This document shows, piece by piece, positions 1-10,500 of a stretch of 64,000 nucleotides of DNA (within the stretch, counting starts at the first letter, position 1; every line of letters begins with the position of its first letter). The stretch covers positions 1 through 64,000 of the IMG/VR virus record IMGVR_UViG_3300009146_000001. One strand, 5' to 3'. The notes under the pieces were generated by a model. That model made no database searches. It saw only the letters and a list, made by a program, of their open reading frames with translations, and was not told the origin of the DNA. Made by a program: the position numbers and the translations under genes. The stretch comes from a virus.

Positions 1-94
1 CGCGGTCGTTGGTGACGCCATCGCCCGCCGCTCCTAGCTGACGGACGTTGATAACCAGCTTACTGGCCGCAGAGTAATCGCGGGTGATAACCAT
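1..94 (-). CDS. Tailspike/depolymerase N-terminus (pectate lyase 3-like), truncated at window edge
   Basis: Manual translation MVITRDYSAASKLVINVRQLGAAGDGVTNDR matches the NVxxxGAxGDGxTxD motif. ATG overlaps the upstream stop (TGATG). Confidence 0.65.
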   Translation of the reverse strand, partial: MVITRDYSAASKLVINVRQLGAAGDGVTNDR

Positions 95-477
95 CAGGCA
101 CTTTCCTCGGAGACCTCGCCGTCGACCAGATCATGCTTGATCAGGATGGCCGACACCTCGGGCTCCAATTCCTCCCACGGAAGCCCGGCGGCCGGGAGTT
201 TCCGCAGGGCTGGGACTTCGGTTTCCTCTTCCTGAACCGTCTTCCAGATCTCGTTCTGGAGCTTGACGTGATCCTCTTGGGGCATCTCCCCGTTGCCGTT
301 CTGGGCGGCCTTCTCCTTCTCGACCACCGCCATGAAGGCGTTGCGCTGCTCCTCGGTGCGGGCTTGCAGGATCGCGGAGTTCTTGTGGGCGCGGTAGGCG
401 GCGGTGCGGTTGAGCCCCTTGTGCTTGATCAGCATGATGTGGGCTCCGTTAAGTTCGAGGAGGTCTTTGGTCTTCAT
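94..477 (-). CDS. Hypothetical protein, tail region
   Basis: 127 aa ORF, co-oriented and tightly packed in the operon. Confidence 0.7.
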   Translation of the reverse strand: MKTKDLLELNGAHIMLIKHKGLNRTAAYRAHKNSAILQARTEEQRNAFMAVVEKEKAAQNGNGEMPQEDHVKLQNEIWKTVQEEETEVPALRKLPAAGLPWEELEPEVSAILIKHDLVDGEVSEESA

Positions 478-501
478 GGTTCCTCGGAAATCAAAGCCAG
501 A

Positions 502-645
502 TCACTGGGGCACACGCAAGTCGATGTCCGTAAGCTTATTGGTCCCAGTCTGCATCGTGGTCTTGTTCGGCGCGTAAGTTCCGTGGCTTCCCACGTAGAC
601 GCAGCCGACGAACAGCGCGGCGATGATGAGGACAGCCCATCTCAC
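502..645 (-). CDS. Small lipoprotein (47 aa), not in the ORF track
   Basis: GTG start overlaps the upstream TGA (GTGA). MRWAVLIIAALFVGCVYVGSHG... has a signal peptide and lipobox-like FVGC. Confidence 0.65.
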   Translation of the reverse strand: MRWAVLIIAALFVGCVYVGSHGTYAPNKTTMQTGTNKLTDIDLRVPQ

Positions 646-1082
646 GGGAATTCTTCCGGAGGAGGCGTGGGAGGGACGGGCAGTGTTCCGGCGCGGACCA
701 TATCCGCGAGGGCGGAAAGGGCGAGGATCGCCTGACCGACGGTGATCTCGATGGTTGGCCCCGGAGGTGTGGTCACCTTCGGCTCGCCACTGGACCAGTC
801 GATCTCCGGCACGGTCTCCAGCACGGTCTCGGTTCCGATCTTGCCGGGAACGTCCGACTCAATCGGCACGGCCACCTTGATGTTCCAAGAGTCGTAAAGG
901 TCCGCCATGAGGAAGCCGGAGGACGACAGGAACTGAGCCTCTGGAGCATCGGTGGTTGGCGTTGCTGGCTGGCTAAGCAGGAACGGCTGGTCGATGAATT
1001 CGATGTGCTCGCTCCCGATGAGGATGCGAGCGACGACAAGTCCATCGAGCCCGGACTTTGCGGAGAAGGTATTGAATTTCAT
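642..1082 (-). CDS. Hypothetical tail-associated protein
   Basis: 146 aa, ATGA overlap with neighbour. Confidence 0.65.
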   Translation of the reverse strand: MKFNTFSAKSGLDGLVVARILIGSEHIEFIDQPFLLSQPATPTTDAPEAQFLSSSGFLMADLYDSWNIKVAVPIESDVPGKIGTETVLETVPEIDWSSGEPKVTTPPGPTIEITVGQAILALSALADMVRAGTLPVPPTPPPEEFP

Positions 1083-1594
1083 GGTGGTGGGATCAGGTTG
1101 TAAATCTGCACGCGGATTCTCTCATCTTTGTTCGGGCGGATCGGATTCCTATTGATGTCCCGTATCGTGTAGGTGATTCCGGTTGAGTCTATCGTCCCTG
1201 CCGCACCCCCGACGAAATCTATGGACGCAACCTGAGTTCCCTGAAGGTTGAAAACGGCAACGTACTGAGTCGTCATGAATTCGATACTTGGTATGACTGG
1301 CCCCCAGATAACCCACTGGTCGACTGTTGGGCTGTACGCATAATCGTACCTTCCCTGCGGGGTTGCCGGGTTGAAGTTAGTCAGAGCCGCCGTCACGTAA
1401 CCTGAACCCGGCTCAATGTGGGTGAGCCCGAAGAATTCGATGTCGCACTCAAGCCAGAGAACCCCACGAGACACGCCGTGGACCGGCGCGGTGGCGCTGG
1501 CATTCGGCACCGTGACCTTCGACCGCTCGCTCGACACGACACCGGCTGCTGAAACCGTCACCCAACCTCCCTGCCTGTCGCGGATTCGTGGCAT
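1079..1594 (-). CDS. Hypothetical tail-associated protein
   Basis: 171 aa, beta-rich, directly after a fibre gene. Confidence 0.65.
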   Translation of the reverse strand: MPRIRDRQGGWVTVSAAGVVSSERSKVTVPNASATAPVHGVSRGVLWLECDIEFFGLTHIEPGSGYVTAALTNFNPATPQGRYDYAYSPTVDQWVIWGPVIPSIEFMTTQYVAVFNLQGTQVASIDFVGGAAGTIDSTGITYTIRDINRNPIRPNKDERIRVQIYNLIPPP

Positions 1595-1596
1595 GG

Positions 1597-3633
1597 TTAT
1601 TCCACGGCAAGGGTTCCCGTGCCGGTGAGTTCGCGCAGGACAACGGTATTATCGGAGAGCTTCACGAGGACGTAGGGCTTGTCCTGATTCATCAACGCTG
1701 GATCGACGAGTGGATTCCATGCGCCGTTGCGGCTGGAGTAGTATTTGTTGTCGCTGCTGTTCGCGTGGGAAATCCCTCCACCTCCCGGCGAGAACTTGGT
1801 CCAGATCCCGGTGTTCCCCTGCACGGCATAAAGGCTGTCATCCGTGCCAACCCCGGAGAACCGCAGAAGCGGGACCGCCAGCACCCCGATCAATGACCCA
1901 TCGGAAATCTTCCCGAGCATCTTCGCCGGAGTGCTATCCGTGAGCGCCGTCATCTGAATATATGGCGACGTGAAGGTCGTTGCCCCGCTGACTCCAAGGG
2001 AGCACTCGATGTCCACCTTCTGCGCGGGACTTGGGCCGGGGTAATACTTGATTGCGGTCTGGGCAAGATTGCCGGGGTTACTGGAACTGGTGAAGTAGGG
2101 CACCGTGCTCGCCGCCCCGGAACCGCTCACGCCGCCACCAGACGATTGAGCAACCCATTGCCGGGAACCCCCGACCAGCCCGAGCACCGCACCGCTGAAA
2201 GCCCCGCTGCCGAGGGCGGCATCCGTGATGTCGCTGATGTCGATGGCACGGAAGGTCGGGGATGTGGAACCCCCGGAAACAGGACCGCTGAGGAATGCGT
2301 GGGCCGACTGTGCAACGAACCCAATCGTGATCGTCCCTGAACTCGTGATCGGATTGCCGGTTGAGAACAGTGGCGTGCTCCCAGTAACCGTGACCGATGT
2401 CACCCCGCCACCGCCCCCCGTTGGAGCTGGCTTCCACGTCCGGTCACCGTACAGAACCGTGGTGTCGTTCGCCGTGCCGGAGCCCAGCGCGGCATTCAGG
2501 ATCTCCGGGCGCGTCGTGTGGATGTGGCCGAGAGGGCTGAACCCGGCGGTGACCCACTGCTGCGTGGCCACAGCAAGGCCCTGCCATGGCGGATTGAGCG
2601 ACGAATTGTACTGATAGACCCGGAAAGTCCCGTCCGTGAAACTGTACTCCAAGGCCGCGTGATCGTAGGTGTACGACTGGTCCCCGACGTACAGGAGCCA
2701 CGAAGTCCCCCCGGTCCAGTACCCGATTGAACTCCCGGTCGAAGTCTTCTGGGCGAAGGTGGGATCCCCGGCACTGATCAAAAGCCGACCGGAGAGCTGC
2801 CCCCCGGTGAGGGGAAGGTATCCCGTCAGAAGGTTCTGCACCTCGGTCTGAGAAAACACCTGAAGCCAAGCCCTTGTCCTCTGGGCATCCGCCCGTTTGA
2901 TCGCCGTGTTCTCATCCCAGAAGAGGGCGCGGCTGGCCGCCGATGGCGGAGTCGCCCCGTAGTCCGGCATGACCGCAGCGAGGATCTGCCATGCCGTGGC
3001 CGCAACCGCGAAGACATCAGCGCCGGATGGCCGGATCGAAAACGTCGAGAGGACCGTCGTGGAGTTCGTGCTGCATGTGATGAGGGAATTCCCAAGGGTC
3101 GTTCCCGCAGTCCACTTGGCGACGTAGTCCGCCGTGCCGGAGCCACCTACCCCGGTTGGGGTTCCCCCACCATCCGGCACGCCTTCGGTCCAGCTCAGCC
3201 CAGCGGCCGAGAGCTTGGGGTAGTAATTCTTCCCGGCGGAGAAGTCCGATGGCGGGGTGAGGAAGACGACAGTGTTCGTCTCCGTCATCATCAGGTACAG
3301 CTTCGATGGATCGCCACCGGGAGCCGTGCGCTTCGGGAAAAGGAGAAACTCCGAGACCGTGAAGCTGCCCGCCGTCGTCAGCATGGACGGCGCTCCGGTG
3401 CCAGTCTGCGTCACCACGGAATCGCCGAGAGAACTGCTGGCACCAAAGAGGGCCAGCTTGCCAGCCGTGCCGGAGATCCCGAGGAATACCTGAAGGTTGG
3501 ACGCAGGCACCCCACCCACAGCCAGCGAGGAACTGTACCCGAGGAGGGCCTCAGGGAACACCGCCGCCGGGGCCGTGAGGAAGCTCAAGACCCCGCCGAG
3601 ACTCGTGTCCGAAAAGATGTTGTGACTCGCCAT
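1597..3633 (-). CDS. Tail fibre protein
   Basis: 678 aa, G/S/T-rich; fibre-type segments GSGTADYVAKW, YLPLTGGQLSG, GVTSVTV, PTFRAI. Confidence 0.75.
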   Translation of the reverse strand: MASHNIFSDTSLGGVLSFLTAPAAVFPEALLGYSSSLAVGGVPASNLQVFLGISGTAGKLALFGASSSLGDSVVTQTGTGAPSMLTTAGSFTVSEFLLFPKRTAPGGDPSKLYLMMTETNTVVFLTPPSDFSAGKNYYPKLSAAGLSWTEGVPDGGGTPTGVGGSGTADYVAKWTAGTTLGNSLITCSTNSTTVLSTFSIRPSGADVFAVAATAWQILAAVMPDYGATPPSAASRALFWDENTAIKRADAQRTRAWLQVFSQTEVQNLLTGYLPLTGGQLSGRLLISAGDPTFAQKTSTGSSIGYWTGGTSWLLYVGDQSYTYDHAALEYSFTDGTFRVYQYNSSLNPPWQGLAVATQQWVTAGFSPLGHIHTTRPEILNAALGSGTANDTTVLYGDRTWKPAPTGGGGGVTSVTVTGSTPLFSTGNPITSSGTITIGFVAQSAHAFLSGPVSGGSTSPTFRAIDISDITDAALGSGAFSGAVLGLVGGSRQWVAQSSGGGVSGSGAASTVPYFTSSSNPGNLAQTAIKYYPGPSPAQKVDIECSLGVSGATTFTSPYIQMTALTDSTPAKMLGKISDGSLIGVLAVPLLRFSGVGTDDSLYAVQGNTGIWTKFSPGGGGISHANSSDNKYYSSRNGAWNPLVDPALMNQDKPYVLVKLSDNTVVLRELTGTGTLAVE

Positions 3634-3639
3634 GTCAAA

Positions 3640-6600
3640 TCATCCCACGACAATCACGGTGGCCTTGGCCCCGACGGGAATGATGGTCGGCCAGATCTTG
3701 ATCGTGTTGTCGGATTCCACGGTGACGCCCAGCTCGATCTTGGCTGGGATCGCGATGTCATCCTGCCAGCACTGAACCTCCACGTACTTGGTCCCGAGGT
3801 TGTGGGTGATGATCGTGGCGGCAGTAAGGGCGACGCCCTTCTGGACGAACCGACGCAGACCGTAGGAAACTTCCCCGCCACCGGATGGCAAACCTATAGG
3901 GCAAGTCGGGATCAGGTGATACCACGTCGTTCCGTTAATCGCCCCGTGGTACCGACCCGATAGGTCGGGGATGGCAGAACCGCAGCCGATGGCTAAGTCT
4001 AAGTCAACCAGAGCGCCAAGGCGGGTAAGAATGATGTTTTTCAGGTACAACGATGAACCGGCGGCAATGTTTCCGGGCGTTATGGAGGACGACGTATTTC
4101 CGTATGCACTCAACAAAGTAGTGGTCGGAACGAATTCGTTTTCAATGATTGTCTCTGCACCGGCAACTAAAGCCGTTGAAGATTTCGCGCCAGCCGGAAG
4201 CAATCCAGAGAAAAATGCGTGGGTCATGACGCTTCCAACCGGAACAAAGCAAGACGCCTTCGCCCTGTATGTAGGACCGCCAATCAGGCCGGGGACAGAG
4301 GCCCTATAGGGTGAGTGCGTTCGAATGATGGAGTTGTTGGACCTAAGCCAATCATCTGAAGGGGGAACACCCGCCCCGTCCACCCCGGTGTCGATATTCC
4401 CGACGACCGTCATATTACTGTTTGGAACCCAAGAGTCCGCCCCAGCCGTGAAATTGCTAGTATAGGCCGCAATCTGACTTCCCCACATGTCCGAAGAGTG
4501 GGTTCCGTAAAGCGTCAAAGCGCGGGCATCGGCAGCCGAAAGATACCGATTGAACAGCGCAGCCCGGTAGATTCTGGGCACTGATCCCTGACCCGATGAT
4601 CCCTGCCCTACAATGAAGTAAACCGAGTTGAGGCTAAGGTTCCACGGGTTGCCAGCCCCGCCCGTGCTTGGCGTGATATTCTGAAGAACGCCGTCAACAT
4701 ATAGGCTTCCGGGGCTCGTCGTGCCATCTCGGGTAAAAATAAGGTCAACGACTTTTCCGCCATAGTTGGATATGAGGTTGGCGAGGATTAACCTGACGTG
4801 ATCCGTGCTGTTGATGGATACAAAGCAATAGAGATTTCCATTGGAGTGGAGAGCCATCGACATCGAGTTGCCGAGAAAATTTGTCGTGGTTGGACCGACA
4901 AAAGCGATACAGTCGTAACCCGGTCCACGCTGTACCTCCGGTACCATGATCCGGGCGTAGAGCGTGCATGGCCCGGTGCCGATTACCTGAGTATTTGTAG
5001 TCCCGTCCCACAGCCGGGAAGTGACATTGTCATTCGGCCCGAAGACAACAGCCCCAGCCCGCTCAGACGACGGATCGTTGCTGAAGTTGAGTTCATCAAC
5101 AAAGGCCAAACCCCGGCGCGTGGGCGTCGAAGTAGTGTACCATGGCCTGACCCCATTGTTCTCGATTGACCCAGAGGTCAATGCGCTAGTGAAGGTGCCA
5201 ACCCCGAGGCGCAACGGAGCGCGGGTCGTTGACCCCGCAGCGAGTTCAAGCCAAGCCACCGGAGTGGTCGGTACGGTTACACCGATAGCGGCGGCAGCCT
5301 GAATGTATGCCTGACCGAATACCGAGAATGTCGTGCCGTCGTATGACAGCTTAGTCGCATCGGCAATCATCCGGCCATTCGAGCCGAAATACGGAACTGC
5401 CGCAGCCTGACCGGCAATACTGGGAGAATCGTGGAAATGACCCGGAAGCTTATCGTAGGTGCCGTAAACCGTGGCGTTGTACCGGAGGGACGTATCCGGC
5501 GAGAAGATACTCGATCCGCTCTGGTAGGCCGCCCCAAGGTCAATGTCGATGATGCACCCGGCCACCGATGGCGAAGTAGTTCCCCAACGATCCGACATCC
5601 TGACACCAGAACGGGCGAGTTCGATGACCTCATCCAGCGAAAGAGAACGGTTGTAGAACCGGGCACGATAGATCGACTCTGGAAACGGAAGCACGCCCGT
5701 GTGCATGCTGCCGATGCGAATCTTGAGCGGGTTTCCCGTCAGGGAATTTGCCACCTGAGAGCTTCGGGTATAAGTCTGCTGCTCGCCGTTGATGTAGCAA
5801 TTCTCCACCCCAGCGGTCCGGGTCACCACGATGTCGATGACGCGACCAAACCACTTCGTCATCGGGATCGCCGTGGAGAGAATGAAGCCAGCACCAGAAT
5901 CCCGTGCGAAAAGAATGAGACTGGTAGGGTTCGTTAACGCAATGTAACCACCCATGTCGTTCGCTGCGGCCCCGTCCGCTGCATGGTTGCTCAAACACCA
6001 GACACCAGAATTGGCTGCAACTGGAACCGTTGGCCAGCGTAGGCGGATGGCGAACGAATAATCCCCCGTGCCAATGACACCCGGAATCTGAGACTCCGCC
6101 CAGTACTTGCCAGTCGATGGAGAATTAAACCGGAGACGTGTAGCCTCCGATGCACTGGCATCGTTGGTGAAGTCGATGTCGTCGAGGAAGGCAATACCGC
6201 GCCGGGTAGGAGTGGTGTTCGTAAAGTAGGGACGCAAGCCATCGTGCTCAACGTACCCGGCTACAGCCGCCGCCATCGTCGATGTGGCCAAGAACATCCG
6301 GTTGTTCGCCGCGTCCCACCCAAGCTCATTGGCCGCGCCGGTGAGAAGGTTCGATCCGTCGCCATATCCGATGGCCCCGGCAGCCAGCGTGGGCTGACCC
6401 ATCTGACCGCGAAGCGCCTGCACCGTCACCTGCCTCACATCTCTCGGAGTGGCACTCGCATCGAGATCGGTGATCATCACCTGAGACGTCGTGCTCAGGG
6501 TCGTGGTCGCCGCCTTGATCGTGATCCCGGCGTTGAACGTATGGAACCCGGTCCACGTCGCATTGATCGCCCGGTCGATGGTCAGCGGGAAGTTCGCCGC

Positions 6601-9600
6601 CGCACTGCCATCGAATGTCGCTACCCCGGACAACTCCGTCGTGGCAGTCAGCGTCATCGCCGCCGCCCACTTCGGCGCGGAGTTCACCGTGAAGGTCCAC
6701 GCCTGACTCGCCGAGAGCGGCATCGCCGTCCCGCTGTTCGTCACCGTGATATTCGGTGCCGTCCCCGTCATCGTCAGGGTGCGGGTCTCCGGTACGAACC
6801 CGCTCGTGGTATCGCCGACGAACACGAACTTCTTCCACGGGCTCCACGTTCCGACGTCGACGAACTTGCTGAACCAAAGCTCGGCCTTAGCCGGATCAGC
6901 AATCAACTGTGACCAAAGCTGGAAGGAACCGTAAGACGACGTCGTTGCCCCTCGCTCAAAGCGGACACCGCCACCGAAGGACGTAGGAAAATTGACCGAT
7001 GCCGTCGTATTCTGGAATACGAAGAACTGGAGCGCGGTCGGTAGAGTGAACCCATCAGTCACCGTGGACCCAGTCAACTTCGGCGCGGCGATGACCGTGT
7101 GCGTCCACGTCCGGTTCACCGTCAGGTCAGCCCCGGCAGGCGCAGCGGTGATCGTCAAATGAGCCGTACCTCCGGACGAGTGTGTGATCGTCCGGGTTAT
7201 CGGCGCGGCACCGGATAGGTCCGTCGCTGGCACCGTGATCGTCCAAGTCCGGTTGACGCTGAGGTCGGACCCGGCTGGTGCCGCCACGGCTGTTGCAATC
7301 CCGGCACCGACAATGGTCAGCGTCCGGGTCAGGGGCACATACTTCGTATCGAGCGTCGGGTAACTGTTCGCCCAAGCCACGGTCAGGGGAGTCGTGTAAT
7401 CCCCACTCCCATCAACGCTCGCCATCGAACCCGTGGCGTCTCCGGTCCAAGTAAAGCTGCGCGCCGTTGTCCACTTCGGGGCCGAAACCACCGCAAGCGT
7501 CTGGCTGGTGAGAGACAGGGTCGCCGCGCTGGCCGCGATCAGCTCCGCTGCCCCAGTGGCGGTGGTTGTCCGCCCAAGAAGCGCAGGCGGAATAATGCCG
7601 CCGACATCCGAGTAGGAATGCGGGTGGCTGGCCGGAACGGTGATCGTCCAAGCCCGGTTGACGCTGAGATCCGTCCCCACCGGAGCCGCCAATGTCGTCA
7701 CAAGCCCAGCCCCGGTCAGGGTCAGCGTCGTCGCCTTCAGGGCGTAGGTACTCAGGTTCAGGTAGGTCGTGAGATCCGAAGCCAAGACCTGAACCACATT
7801 CTGGGCATTGGTCGCCGCGTCTGCGGCCACCCCGAGGAACCGGGTCGCCGCCCCGATGGCAGTACCCAAGGGCTGGACCCTGACCGCAATGGAAGGAATC
7901 GCGGTGGCAGGCTGGAAGGTATGCTTCTGGGTCCAAGTGGGCGCGATGTCCGCCGCGAGGGAAATCGTCCACGACGGATTCGAAGAGAGATCCTGAGTCG
8001 GTGATACCGCAGTGAGGCTAAGATACCCACCGGCGCTGATCGTGATCTGGCGGCCAGTCGGAACCCCGCCGATGCCAGTCAGGAAGCTCGCGTTGGTAAT
8101 CGACTGGAGCTGAACCCGCGTGGTGGCCGGACTACTCGTCCACACCGCGACATGGGTGAATGGGACAGTCGGGAAGTTGAACGTCGGGGCAGCCAGCTTG
8201 AGCCCGTAGATCGAAAGCATCGCCGTCGACGCTGACGCATCCTGAATCAGTTCCCCGGCAACGCCACGGGACAGCTTCGCGTCCATCGCGCCACCACCAT
8301 CACCCCACCACAGTTCGCCCCCGGCCGTGATCGCGAACCTCGCCGTCCCTGACTCGTTGGTCTTGGTGGCAATGGCGTGGGCGGAAGGCGAGGAATTGAA
8401 CCAAGTGTGCAGCCCCTTCCAGAGCGGACTGATCGTCTGGTCAATCTCCAAGGTGGCATCGTGGGCGATATAAGCGGTGCCCTGCGCTGTCGATCCAACC
8501 GCCTTGGCGGCGATGCCCACGAGGTTGGCTGGGATCGCCGGGTTGGGAACCTTCAGAGAAGTCCTGACGGACGCCAGCGCGGTCCACCGCAAAGGCTGCG
8601 CAGAGCCAGACGGATCATCCTCGTAGGTCGCGAAGAAGCCGGGGGATGCCTTCTCTGTCGCCAGCGTGGACAGACCAGCTCCGAAAACATGAACGGAGGT
8701 CCAGCTCGGGGCGATGCCGACATCCAGTTGCAGGGTCGCATTGCTCCGCAACGACGTGTTGCCGGACCCGGCCGTCGGAGCACTGATGTTGACCGTGTTG
8801 GCCGGTGGCGTGCCGAACGACACCAAGGCATTCGCGTCAATCGTGTACGTCCACAGGAGTGGAGATGCCCCCTGCGTTTGAGGACCAGCGGGAAGAATCG
8901 TCAGCGCGGAGGAGGAACTCTTGTGCTCCAGAGTCGGCAGGACCACCGTCGGGAAGTCACCCCAGTAGGGCTTCGTGGCGTCGCTGCGGAGAACCTTGTT
9001 CGCGACGAACGTGAGCTGCTCGACAATCGTATTGGGAACGGTCGCCGTGTCCTTGGAGACGAAGAGGCTGGACCGGCCATACCCGGTGGAGTCGACGAAG
9101 GAAATCTTCGTCCCGTCGATCACGATGCCGGGACCGGCAATGAGGTCCGTGACCGAATCCAGAACCCAGACTTCCGGGTCCGTGTCGATGTTCGCAATCG
9201 GCTGGCTCTGGCGGTACTTCCGCCCCTTATTGATCGTGCCAAGGCCCACCGTGACCGTGGCCCCGGTGGTCACCTCTGCTGGCTCGTCCGCATCGAGCGT
9301 GCGCTTCAGGACGAATGGCGTGCCAGCCGACCCGACGTCCGAGACGTAGTAGACGCCATTGGCGAACTGGCTCGTCTGGTCCTTGCACAGAACCCGGTCG
9401 TTGAGGACCAAGGTCAGGCTGTCGAACACCGAGGCAAAGTTGGCGATGGCCCCATTCCCGGACGAAGTGATCGAGTCGGTGGCCGAGGAGTAGGAGCCAA
9501 CCACCGCAGAAGTCGTGGCGCACTTGACCGCCCCAATCGGCCGGTTGCCGGAACTCAGGTTGTCCGCATATGCCTTTGTGACCGCGTCATTGGCGGCGAC

Positions 9601-10008
9601 CGGGGTGCCCACGAGGAGCCTGCCCGCCGTGTACCGCACCGCCACCGAGTCCGCCCCGAAGGTGTCCCGCTCGGAGTTGAAGCCATCGAGAAGATCCGCG
9701 TTGAGGCCCGTGACCTTGGTCGTGTTGTTGTTAACCGAGAACGGAGAGCCGGACGACGTGTTGAAGGTCCAGAACCCCGTGATCGTTTCTGCCCCACCGA
9801 TGCGGGCGAACCACATCCACCCGGCCGGAGCGGTCGTGACATAAACCCCGGCATGGTCCGGCGACTGGCCAGAGACCTCGGAGAATCCGAACTGCCCCTT
9901 GAACGGCGCTGGCGGCAGGCCACTGGTGAAAAGCTCGAACCCGGCGTTGATGATCCGGTTCCTCTCCAGATCAAAATTGGTCAGGCTTCGGAAGTCTTGG
10001 GCGGGCAT
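3640..10008 (-). CDS. Giant tail fibre/adhesin with two LamG (ConA-like) domains
   Basis: 2122 aa. Contains LNADLLDG, DAVTKAYAD and DRVLCKDQT motifs, repeated DLSVNRxWT and APKW units, two LamG-like ends (IYRARFYNRSLS, IYRAALFNRYLS) and C-terminal ITHNLG. Confidence 0.85.
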   Translation of the reverse strand: MPAQDFRSLTNFDLERNRIINAGFELFTSGLPPAPFKGQFGFSEVSGQSPDHAGVYVTTAPAGWMWFARIGGAETITGFWTFNTSSGSPFSVNNNTTKVTGLNADLLDGFNSERDTFGADSVAVRYTAGRLLVGTPVAANDAVTKAYADNLSSGNRPIGAVKCATTSAVVGSYSSATDSITSSGNGAIANFASVFDSLTLVLNDRVLCKDQTSQFANGVYYVSDVGSAGTPFVLKRTLDADEPAEVTTGATVTVGLGTINKGRKYRQSQPIANIDTDPEVWVLDSVTDLIAGPGIVIDGTKISFVDSTGYGRSSLFVSKDTATVPNTIVEQLTFVANKVLRSDATKPYWGDFPTVVLPTLEHKSSSSALTILPAGPQTQGASPLLWTYTIDANALVSFGTPPANTVNISAPTAGSGNTSLRSNATLQLDVGIAPSWTSVHVFGAGLSTLATEKASPGFFATYEDDPSGSAQPLRWTALASVRTSLKVPNPAIPANLVGIAAKAVGSTAQGTAYIAHDATLEIDQTISPLWKGLHTWFNSSPSAHAIATKTNESGTARFAITAGGELWWGDGGGAMDAKLSRGVAGELIQDASASTAMLSIYGLKLAAPTFNFPTVPFTHVAVWTSSPATTRVQLQSITNASFLTGIGGVPTGRQITISAGGYLSLTAVSPTQDLSSNPSWTISLAADIAPTWTQKHTFQPATAIPSIAVRVQPLGTAIGAATRFLGVAADAATNAQNVVQVLASDLTTYLNLSTYALKATTLTLTGAGLVTTLAAPVGTDLSVNRAWTITVPASHPHSYSDVGGIIPPALLGRTTTATGAAELIAASAATLSLTSQTLAVVSAPKWTTARSFTWTGDATGSMASVDGSGDYTTPLTVAWANSYPTLDTKYVPLTRTLTIVGAGIATAVAAPAGSDLSVNRTWTITVPATDLSGAAPITRTITHSSGGTAHLTITAAPAGADLTVNRTWTHTVIAAPKLTGSTVTDGFTLPTALQFFVFQNTTASVNFPTSFGGGVRFERGATTSSYGSFQLWSQLIADPAKAELWFSKFVDVGTWSPWKKFVFVGDTTSGFVPETRTLTMTGTAPNITVTNSGTAMPLSASQAWTFTVNSAPKWAAAMTLTATTELSGVATFDGSAAANFPLTIDRAINATWTGFHTFNAGITIKAATTTLSTTSQVMITDLDASATPRDVRQVTVQALRGQMGQPTLAAGAIGYGDGSNLLTGAANELGWDAANNRMFLATSTMAAAVAGYVEHDGLRPYFTNTTPTRRGIAFLDDIDFTNDASASEATRLRFNSPSTGKYWAESQIPGVIGTGDYSFAIRLRWPTVPVAANSGVWCLSNHAADGAAANDMGGYIALTNPTSLILFARDSGAGFILSTAIPMTKWFGRVIDIVVTRTAGVENCYINGEQQTYTRSSQVANSLTGNPLKIRIGSMHTGVLPFPESIYRARFYNRSLSLDEVIELARSGVRMSDRWGTTSPSVAGCIIDIDLGAAYQSGSSIFSPDTSLRYNATVYGTYDKLPGHFHDSPSIAGQAAAVPYFGSNGRMIADATKLSYDGTTFSVFGQAYIQAAAAIGVTVPTTPVAWLELAAGSTTRAPLRLGVGTFTSALTSGSIENNGVRPWYTTSTPTRRGLAFVDELNFSNDPSSERAGAVVFGPNDNVTSRLWDGTTNTQVIGTGPCTLYARIMVPEVQRGPGYDCIAFVGPTTTNFLGNSMSMALHSNGNLYCFVSINSTDHVRLILANLISNYGGKVVDLIFTRDGTTSPGSLYVDGVLQNITPSTGGAGNPWNLSLNSVYFIVGQGSSGQGSVPRIYRAALFNRYLSAADARALTLYGTHSSDMWGSQIAAYTSNFTAGADSWVPNSNMTVVGNIDTGVDGAGVPPSDDWLRSNNSIIRTHSPYRASVPGLIGGPTYRAKASCFVPVGSVMTHAFFSGLLPAGAKSSTALVAGAETIIENEFVPTTTLLSAYGNTSSSITPGNIAAGSSLYLKNIILTRLGALVDLDLAIGCGSAIPDLSGRYHGAINGTTWYHLIPTCPIGLPSGGGEVSYGLRRFVQKGVALTAATIITHNLGTKYVEVQCWQDDIAIPAKIELGVTVESDNTIKIWPTIIPVGAKATVIVVG

Positions 10009-10011
10009 GGA

Positions 10012-10500
10012 TTATCCTCTCGAAAGAATCAGCACGGCTCTGGCTATGGTGGGGCTCAGGTGCGCCCCGATATAAGCGTAGAAGTACCCGTCCGGATCTT
10101 TGACGAGTCCCACCGCCACCTTGTTGTTGTCGCACCAGATGTCGACCGTGGAGGCGGCGTGGCCCGTGAACGGCCGGGGCACCTGAGCCCGCTTGTAGTT
10201 CGCGTCGAACGGGACGAAGGAGATGGTCTCCTCGTAGATATCCCCGGCCTGCGGTGAGGGAGCGACGATGTCCTCGACCCACGTCGTCAGGTCATCCTCT
10301 AAGCGGTAGCGGGTTTCATTCTCGACCACCCAGACCACCATCCCCGCCTCCCTGCGAAGCGAGGGGATGGCGTCCCGGCCAGCCAGCGTACCTACCGTCC
10401 GATACCCGCCCTTGCCCCAGATGGCGAGGTGGGTCGGGTACGAATCCAGATCGGACGTCGGCCCAATCGGTGCCGTGATGATCGTGAGGTCATCCCTCAT
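10012..10500 (-). CDS. Virion structural protein
   Basis: 162 aa with RDAIPSLRREAGMVVWV, a motif seen in phage structural proteins. Confidence 0.6.
   Translation of the reverse strand: MRDDLTIITAPIGPTSDLDSYPTHLAIWGKGGYRTVGTLAGRDAIPSLRREAGMVVWVVENETRYRLEDDLTTWVEDIVAPSPQAGDIYEETISFVPFDANYKRAQVPRPFTGHAASTVDIWCDNNKVAVGLVKDPDGYFYAYIGAHLSPTIARAVLILSRG

Noticed and set aside
8377-10257. Long + strand ORFs antisense to structural genes (also 10827-12056, 15888-17492, 61017-62561)
   Set aside because: Shadow ORFs caused by GC-rich codon bias on the opposite strand; Arg/Gly-rich with no motifs
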